From: a virus
Lineage: Duplodnaviria; Caudoviricetes
IMG/VR virus record: IMGVR_UViG_3300032257_000033
Span: 1-42,889 of that record
DNA: 42,889 nt
Reading direction: 5' to 3' (one strand)
The translations under genes and the position numbers were made by a program. This document shows positions 37,233-42,889 of this stretch, piece after piece (the first letter of the stretch is position 1; each line of letters opens with the position of its first letter). Below the pieces are notes generated by a model. The model was not told where the DNA came from. It saw nothing but the letters and a program-made list of their open reading frames with translations, and searched no databases.

Positions 37233-37484
37233 ATGGAAGATAAAGATTACTGTACAGGCTTTCCTGAATACTGGTGGACATGGAAAGGTGAGTACATATA
37301 CATTGGTAACTTATGCAAAGAGCATGATAACAATGATGGTGTTAGTAGGTTTAAAGGATGTTCTAACACTAAGTTCTTTAATAGTACTTGGAGAGCTAGA
37401 CTTATTGGAGCAGTTATTATTGCAACAGTAGCATCTATCATGTGCTTCATCAAGTTTCCAAAAAGACAGAGTAAAAGGATATAA
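37233..37484 (+). CDS. Phospholipase-A2-like (CxxHD) small protein with C-terminal membrane helix
   Basis: DYCTGFPE...CKEHD...C; GAGG RBS before ATG 37233. Confidence 0.5.
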   Translation: MEDKDYCTGFPEYWWTWKGEYIYIGNLCKEHDNNDGVSRFKGCSNTKFFNSTWRARLIGAVIIATVASIMCFIKFPKRQSKRI

Positions 37485-37485
37485 C

Positions 37486-37836
37486 ATGTTTGGATTTTTT
37501 AAAGCTGCTATTAACCCATTAGCTGAAGTAGCAAAAGAGTGGATACAAACTGATAAAGAGTCAGCAGAAGCCAAAGCTGTTATGGTAAAAGCATTAGACC
37601 CTAATGGTAAGATGAGAGCACAGATATCAAGCGATGTACTTGGTTTATATAAATTATACATAGTTACTTCATTATCTCTGTTAGCTCTTGAGTTCTTTGG
37701 AGTTGGTGACGTAGCAAGAGTAGCTAGTGTAACAACTAAATTGGTAGATTTATTCCTACCAATTACTGGGATGGTTTCAATAATAGTATCAGCTTCTTTC
37801 GGTGTAAACGCAGTTAATTCATATAAAGGGAAGTAA
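37486..37836 (+). CDS. Holin
   Basis: Two hydrophobic helices, FG motif and basic C-terminus; in the lysis cassette. Confidence 0.7.
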   Translation: MFGFFKAAINPLAEVAKEWIQTDKESAEAKAVMVKALDPNGKMRAQISSDVLGLYKLYIVTSLSLLALEFFGVGDVARVASVTTKLVDLFLPITGMVSIIVSASFGVNAVNSYKGK

Positions 37837-37838
37837 AC

Positions 37839-38249
37839 ATGGCAGAAGAAGAGGGTAGTCCATTGGAATTAAAGATAGCTAAGTGTCAACTAAAGGTATA
37901 TGAAGATATGCACGAAGTTAGACGTGACATGCATAAAGTAGTAGACCGTGTCTCTATCCTTGAAAAGGGTCATAAAGAGATACAAAGCACTTTACATAAA
38001 CATGAAGAGCAGAGAAGGGGTATGCACAAAGTATCTGACGAGAAACTAGATGCCATACTTGAGAAAGTCGGTAAGGTAGAGTCTGAATCTAATGATAACG
38101 CTGAGTGGATATCCAAAGTAAATAAGTGGCGTATTAAGATAACATTTATAGTAACAGGTATAGTTAGTACTATAGGTTTTCTATACTGGTTATATACGTT
38201 CTTACAGAAGCATGGGTTAGTAATAGTGTTTGAGAAAGCTGCAGGGTAA
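37839..38249 (+). CDS. Coiled-coil protein with C-terminal TM helix (lysis accessory)
   Basis: Heptad pattern followed by ITFIVTGIVSTIGFLYWLY. Confidence 0.55.
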   Translation: MAEEEGSPLELKIAKCQLKVYEDMHEVRRDMHKVVDRVSILEKGHKEIQSTLHKHEEQRRGMHKVSDEKLDAILEKVGKVESESNDNAEWISKVNKWRIKITFIVTGIVSTIGFLYWLYTFLQKHGLVIVFEKAAG

Positions 38250-38252
38250 CCT

Positions 38253-39029
38253 ATGAGTGCTAAACCTTGTATTAATAAAGATGTAGTGGTTATAGCAGAT
38301 ACACAGGTTGACTTGGAGTCTCCAACGTCACATTTATACTCTTTGAGTAAATATATATGGGAGCATAAACCAAGTGATATAGTTCATATAGGAGATCACT
38401 GGGACTTCCCTTCACTTAGTTCATATGCTTCACGGCTTATGGCTGAGGGTAAAAGATTAGATGATGATTTAAGAGGCGGTTATGATGCCTTTAAACTTAT
38501 TATGGCACATGTAGATAAGATGAATAAAAAGACTGGTGAAAACTATAAACCAGCTAAGCATTTTCTTATGGGCAATCATGAGATGAGATTAGAGAGATTT
38601 ATAGCAGAGCATCCTGTATTAGAAGGTTGCTTTGATCTTAGAGGGTTTATAGAAGGGCAAGGCTGGAAAGTACATAAGATGAATAGCCCTATCTGGCTTC
38701 ATGATATATGCTTCTCGCACTACATGGAGAACCCTATGAGTGGTAGAGCAGTAGGTGGAAGTATTGAGAATAAGTTAAACAAGTTTCCACATAGCTTTGT
38801 TCATGGACACCAACAACAGTTTCAATATGGCAGGCGACAGAATCTACAGGGTAAGCCGCACTTCGGTGTATGCGCTGGTAGCTTCTATATGCATGATGAA
38901 GGTTATCGTGGTGCTAATAATACAGAGATAAGAGGTTTCACCCACTTAAGAGGGTTTACAAATAGATATGGACATACTGACCATGATGTTGAGTTCGTAT
39001 CATTAGAAAGATTATTGGAGAAATATTAA
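38253..39029 (+). CDS. Calcineurin-like metallophosphoesterase
   Basis: IADTQ, GDHWD, GNHE, FSHY, HGHQQ. Confidence 0.9.
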   Translation: MSAKPCINKDVVVIADTQVDLESPTSHLYSLSKYIWEHKPSDIVHIGDHWDFPSLSSYASRLMAEGKRLDDDLRGGYDAFKLIMAHVDKMNKKTGENYKPAKHFLMGNHEMRLERFIAEHPVLEGCFDLRGFIEGQGWKVHKMNSPIWLHDICFSHYMENPMSGRAVGGSIENKLNKFPHSFVHGHQQQFQYGRRQNLQGKPHFGVCAGSFYMHDEGYRGANNTEIRGFTHLRGFTNRYGHTDHDVEFVSLERLLEKY

Positions 39030-39030
39030 G

Positions 39031-39381
39031 ATGAATTTTAGCAGAGAAGAATTTGAATGTCAGTGTGGTTGCGGTTTTGATACAATAGATTATGAATTAT
39101 TAGAGGTGTTAGAAGATGTTAGAAAGTATTTCAATAGTCCAGTTTATATCAACAGTGGCTGTCGTTGTATCAGTCATAATCACTCAGTTGGTGGCGGCAC
39201 TCATAGTCAGCATCTCGATGGCAGAGCTGCTGACATTGTGGTCAAAGGAATACACGCAGACATAGTTGCTGATTATTTAGAAAGTAAATACCAATCGATA
39301 TATGGTATTGGTAGATATAATGGGCGTACTCATATAGATACTAGAAGTGGCAATAAAGCCAGATGGGATGAAAGGGACTAA
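39031..39381 (+). CDS. Peptidase M15A endolysin
   Basis: NFSREEFECQCGC, SGCRC..HN..VGG..SQH..G.AAD, HIDTR. Confidence 0.92.
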   Translation: MNFSREEFECQCGCGFDTIDYELLEVLEDVRKYFNSPVYINSGCRCISHNHSVGGGTHSQHLDGRAADIVVKGIHADIVADYLESKYQSIYGIGRYNGRTHIDTRSGNKARWDERD

Positions 39382-39382
39382 C

Positions 39383-40912
39383 ATGAGCCAATTAACTAAC
39401 TTTAGCGGTGGATTAAATACAAGGTATACTCCACATCTTATATCAATAGACCAAAGTGTTAAATGTGAAAACGTTAACCCTTCGGCTATATCTCTTAAAC
39501 CAATGGCGGATGATGATGATGAATTACAGAACTTTGGTGCGAATTCTAGCTTTTTCTATTTTGCTGGGGCTTGGATAGCTCGTAGCGGCGCTACAGATTA
39601 TGTAGAATTTCAAGATGTACTATATTATTCTGATGGTATTAGTATACCACAGAAAACTGTTGATGGTACTAATTTCTATAATGTTGGTATAACCACTCCT
39701 ACAACTAAGCCTACAGTTGTGGCTAATGATGCTGTAGACCCTGATAATAAAGATGTAAGACAGTATTGTTATACTTACTATAATGCTAATGATACCACCG
39801 AGTCTGTACCGTCGCCATACTCGTTAGAGCTAGATGTGTCCACAGATAATGTAGACATAAGCGGTTTTATAGCATCTACAGATACACAAGTAACACATAT
39901 TAGAATATATAGACTTGGTGGTAACCTAAGTAATATGACGCTAGTTGCAAGTATTGCTAATACTGTGCCGCAGACTTATACTGATATATCTAGCGACCTT
40001 GATATAGCTAGCGAGCACCAACTAGATTCATTTAATGCTGGGCAAGCTTTGGCTGGATTGCTATTTTTAACAGAATATAATGCTATGCTATTTGGAGCAA
40101 TTGATGATAAATTATACTACTCTGAAGTAGGTAAGCCTAATGAATGGAGCGCTTTCTCGTTCTTAGACTTTGACTATCCTATTACAGGCCTAGGCGCTAC
40201 ACAGAATGGGCTATTAGTTTTTACTAAGTCTAGAACACATTTAATTACAGGTAATGCGCCAGCAGCGCTTAATAAAGTATTAATACACGCTTCGCAAGGT
40301 TGTATTAATCATAAAACTATTAAATACGTGGATAACTTACTTATATGGTTATCACAAGACGGTTTATGCACTTCTAATGGAGGCTCTGTACAAGTTATAA
40401 CATTAGATAAGCTTGATAAACTTGTAGTTACATCACTAGATGCAGAAATACTTGATAATCAATATTATTTATTTCATAATACAGAAACACTAGTGGTAGA
40501 CTTTAGATATGGACCACCAACATTTAGAACAATAGATTTAATAGCTAATGGCGCATGGTACAGTGAGCAATTTGATAGATTATACTATGTAGATGTATTG
40601 GGTAATTTATATAGCCTTGGTAGAGGTGAAAGTACTAGAACTTATAATTATAAGACAGGTAGATTAACTGAAGGCTCTATATCTAATCTTAAGAACTATA
40701 GGACTATATATGTATATATTCTAGGTACAGCAGAGATGAAGTCTTATATAGATGGTGTCTTAGTATCTACCATTAATTTAACTAATGGTCAGAATGAAGT
40801 TAAATTGCCACAACAAAAGAGGCAAGGTTATTACATAGAGTTTGAATTCACTGGCACAGGTGAAGTACTAGAAGTAGAGTATAAATTGGAAGGTAGACAA
40901 AATGGCAGGTAA
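39383..40912 (+). CDS. Tail nozzle/stabilisation protein (P22 gp10-like); probable start MSQLTNFSGG
   Basis: NFSGGLN start, LYYSE..P..W, GCI...TI, beta-propeller-like repeats. Confidence 0.7.
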   Translation: MSQLTNFSGGLNTRYTPHLISIDQSVKCENVNPSAISLKPMADDDDELQNFGANSSFFYFAGAWIARSGATDYVEFQDVLYYSDGISIPQKTVDGTNFYNVGITTPTTKPTVVANDAVDPDNKDVRQYCYTYYNANDTTESVPSPYSLELDVSTDNVDISGFIASTDTQVTHIRIYRLGGNLSNMTLVASIANTVPQTYTDISSDLDIASEHQLDSFNAGQALAGLLFLTEYNAMLFGAIDDKLYYSEVGKPNEWSAFSFLDFDYPITGLGATQNGLLVFTKSRTHLITGNAPAALNKVLIHASQGCINHKTIKYVDNLLIWLSQDGLCTSNGGSVQVITLDKLDKLVVTSLDAEILDNQYYLFHNTETLVVDFRYGPPTFRTIDLIANGAWYSEQFDRLYYVDVLGNLYSLGRGESTRTYNYKTGRLTEGSISNLKNYRTIYVYILGTAEMKSYIDGVLVSTINLTNGQNEVKLPQQKRQGYYIEFEFTGTGEVLEVEYKLEGRQNGR

Positions 40913-42889
40913 TAGATTTATACAAATTCCAGCTAATCTGGAAGACCCTCAAGTACTTAAACAGTTTACAGAAGAGTTGGTAAGTAAGCTTCATACTAAT
41001 CCATTTATATCATATCCACTTAAGTACCCTGCTGGGTATACAGGGTATATTCCTAATCAAGATACAATAGCTATGGGTGCTTTAACTAATGATATATTAG
41101 ACGCTAGTCAAAGACTTGATGAGCTCAATAATGATATTAAGAACTATATCACTGATGGTCTACAGACTAATGTATTACAGAATACAGAAGATGTAGCAAC
41201 TGTTACTGTGCAATTTGGAACATTCTATGACACAGCTACTGCCGCCTCATGGTATGGATTAGGAGTTAAAGCAGGTGAAGTTATCACCGGGTTAACTATA
41301 GGTTCAGTAGATACAGATACAACAACTCCAGGTTCTGGTACTGGAATATTTGCTATTAATGCAGATAGCTTTCAAGTAGCTAGAAGTATTACAGATATTA
41401 CAGACCCTGCTGAACTAGCTTACCTGCAGGCTAATAATTTACCATATGGTACTATGTATGATTCAGTACTTGGTGAGATAGTGCCAGCGTTCTTAATAGA
41501 GTGGAATGGTACTTCTTATGATATATTCTTTAATGGTAAGACTACATTCTCTAATGTAACTGGGACTGGTTCTATAGTTCATGAAAATGATAATATCACA
41601 AGGTTACTTAATGATGCAGAATATACTCTTAATACTACATTTAGCCAGAACACAGAACCAACTGCCAAGGCTATTGGAGACTTATGGGTAGAGACAGATA
41701 ACTTTAATAATCTATATAGATGGACAGGTACAGTATGGGAAGATATCAGAGATACTTCTAATGACCAAGATCTATCTAATGCTTTAGCAGATATTGCTGG
41801 ACTTGAGGAGACTGATGATGGTGTAATTAACTCTTTCTATCAGACTGCAGCTCCGACTGGTACTTATGGAGATTGGTGGGTTGATACAGACTCATCTCCT
41901 TTGGTAGCTTATAGATATGAGGATATAGATGGTAAGAATGTAGGTACTTTGGCATGGAGAGATAACTCAACAAGTATACTAGGAAAATCTTACTTAGGTG
42001 CTGTTAATGCACAGTCAACTGCAGACGGTAAGATAACAACATTCTATCAATCTACTCCACCTACAGCTGAAGGAACTGGAGATATTTGGGTAGATACAGG
42101 TGACGGTAATAGACAGTATATGTGGTCTGGTGTAGCTTGGGCAGATATACAAGACAGTCTTATAGGCCAAGCAATATCAGATGCTGCTGGTGCTCAATCC
42201 ACAGCTGATGGCAAGATAGAAACATTCTACCAGATTGCTGAACCTACAACCGCATCTGAGGGTGATATCTGGTTCGATACAGATGATGGGAATAAGGTAT
42301 ATACTTATAGATCTGGAGTATGGGTTAATACTCAAGATAGTGAGATAGCCCAAGCAATTACTGATGCTGCTGGCGCTCAAGCCACAGCTGATGGTAAGGT
42401 AAAAACTTTCTATAATACAGTTGCCCCAACCGCAGAAGGGATTGGAGACCTATGGGTTGATACAAGTGACGGTAATGCCTTATATAGATGGGACGGGGCT
42501 AGTTGGGTTATAGTTAGAGACACAACCATTGCAACCGCTCAAGCTGCGGCAGATGCTGCTAGTGTTGCCGCATTACTAAGAACTCTTCCAAGTGAGGTTG
42601 CAGCAGCAGTTAACAATAACACAACTACTATTGATGGTAATAAGTTAACAACAGGTACTGTATCAGCATTACAAATACTAGCAGGTACTATTACAGCTGC
42701 TCAGATTGCTACCAAGACTATTACCGCGGCTGAAATTGCAGCAGGTACTATTACAGCTGCTCAGATTGCTACCAATACCATAGCTGCTACCCAGATTGCT
42801 GCTAATACTATAACATCAGATGAGATGTCTACTAATGTATTATTAGTTGGTGGTAAGATAGAGTCTAGTACATATAGTTGGAATGGTGG
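40902..42889 (+). CDS. Tail/host-specificity protein, 880 aa, continuing across the join to 782; missed by the ORF track
   Basis: ATG 40902, open frame to the window end; FAINADSF, five GD.W.(D/E)T repeats and 10-aa TITAAQIA repeats. Confidence 0.88.
   Translation, partial: MAGNRFIQIPANLEDPQVLKQFTEELVSKLHTNPFISYPLKYPAGYTGYIPNQDTIAMGALTNDILDASQRLDELNNDIKNYITDGLQTNVLQNTEDVATVTVQFGTFYDTATAASWYGLGVKAGEVITGLTIGSVDTDTTTPGSGTGIFAINADSFQVARSITDITDPAELAYLQANNLPYGTMYDSVLGEIVPAFLIEWNGTSYDIFFNGKTTFSNVTGTGSIVHENDNITRLLNDAEYTLNTTFSQNTEPTAKAIGDLWVETDNFNNLYRWTGTVWEDIRDTSNDQDLSNALADIAGLEETDDGVINSFYQTAAPTGTYGDWWVDTDSSPLVAYRYEDIDGKNVGTLAWRDNSTSILGKSYLGAVNAQSTADGKITTFYQSTPPTAEGTGDIWVDTGDGNRQYMWSGVAWADIQDSLIGQAISDAAGAQSTADGKIETFYQIAEPTTASEGDIWFDTDDGNKVYTYRSGVWVNTQDSEIAQAITDAAGAQATADGKVKTFYNTVAPTAEGIGDLWVDTSDGNALYRWDGASWVIVRDTTIATAQAAADAASVAALLRTLPSEVAAAVNNNTTTIDGNKLTTGTVSALQILAGTITAAQIATKTITAAEIAAGTITAAQIATNTIAATQIAANTITSDEMSTNVLLVGGKIESSTYSWNG
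42763..42889. repeat. Terminal overlap, identical to 1-127
   Basis: Exact match. Confidence 0.97.

Noticed and set aside
37182-37243. Stop readthrough or frameshift joining ORF 36768 to the CxxHD ORF (same frame, single TAA; 19-codon ORF at 37184)
   Set aside because: ATG 37233 has its own GAGG RBS, TAA is a strong stop throughout the genome, and there is no canonical slippery heptamer.
42763-42889. 127-bp repeat as a biological direct terminal repeat
   Set aside because: It falls mid-gene and has a typical assembler k-mer length; it is better explained as a circularisation overlap.

Overview
This window is a complete, circularly assembled dsDNA tailed-phage genome. Positions 1-127 are identical to 42763-42889 (an assembler-type overlap), giving a unit length of 42,762 bp. 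It is AT-rich and podovirus-like, with a P22-type portal and internal/ejection proteins and no tape measure or sheath gene. I found no integrase, RNA polymerase, tRNA or CRISPR, so it is probably lytic and uses host RNA polymerase. Two arms diverge from a non-coding control region at about 26050-26750. The minus-strand arm (26025->10235) is early/replication: primase-helicase, Dda/RecD-like helicase, SSB, family A polymerase, nucleotide enzymes, ligase, VRR-NUC nuclease and SF2 helicase. The plus-strand arm (26749->end->10240) is morphogenesis/lysis. Nine promoters share YTAAT-N6-YTAAT-N10/11-TATAAT, which suggests a Campylobacterota-type host (inference). The strongest candidate for a new system is a nucleotide-conversion cluster at 13285-16230. 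There a 5'-3' exonuclease is fused to a thymidylate-synthase homologue carrying Asp at the Asn177 specificity position (the dCMP-type residue). It is followed by a dCMP deaminase fused to a DUF5664-type diphosphohydrolase and, nearby, a MazG-like enzyme. This implies either a methylate-then-deaminate route from dCMP to dTMP or a modified-pyrimidine genome. Other notable items are an iteron-rich candidate origin, a structured SSB leader, a shared Cys-Asn motif on three consecutive virion proteins, cassette-built paralogous fibres and a PLA2-like gene in the lysis cassette. All calls come from reading motifs by eye; no database searches were run.
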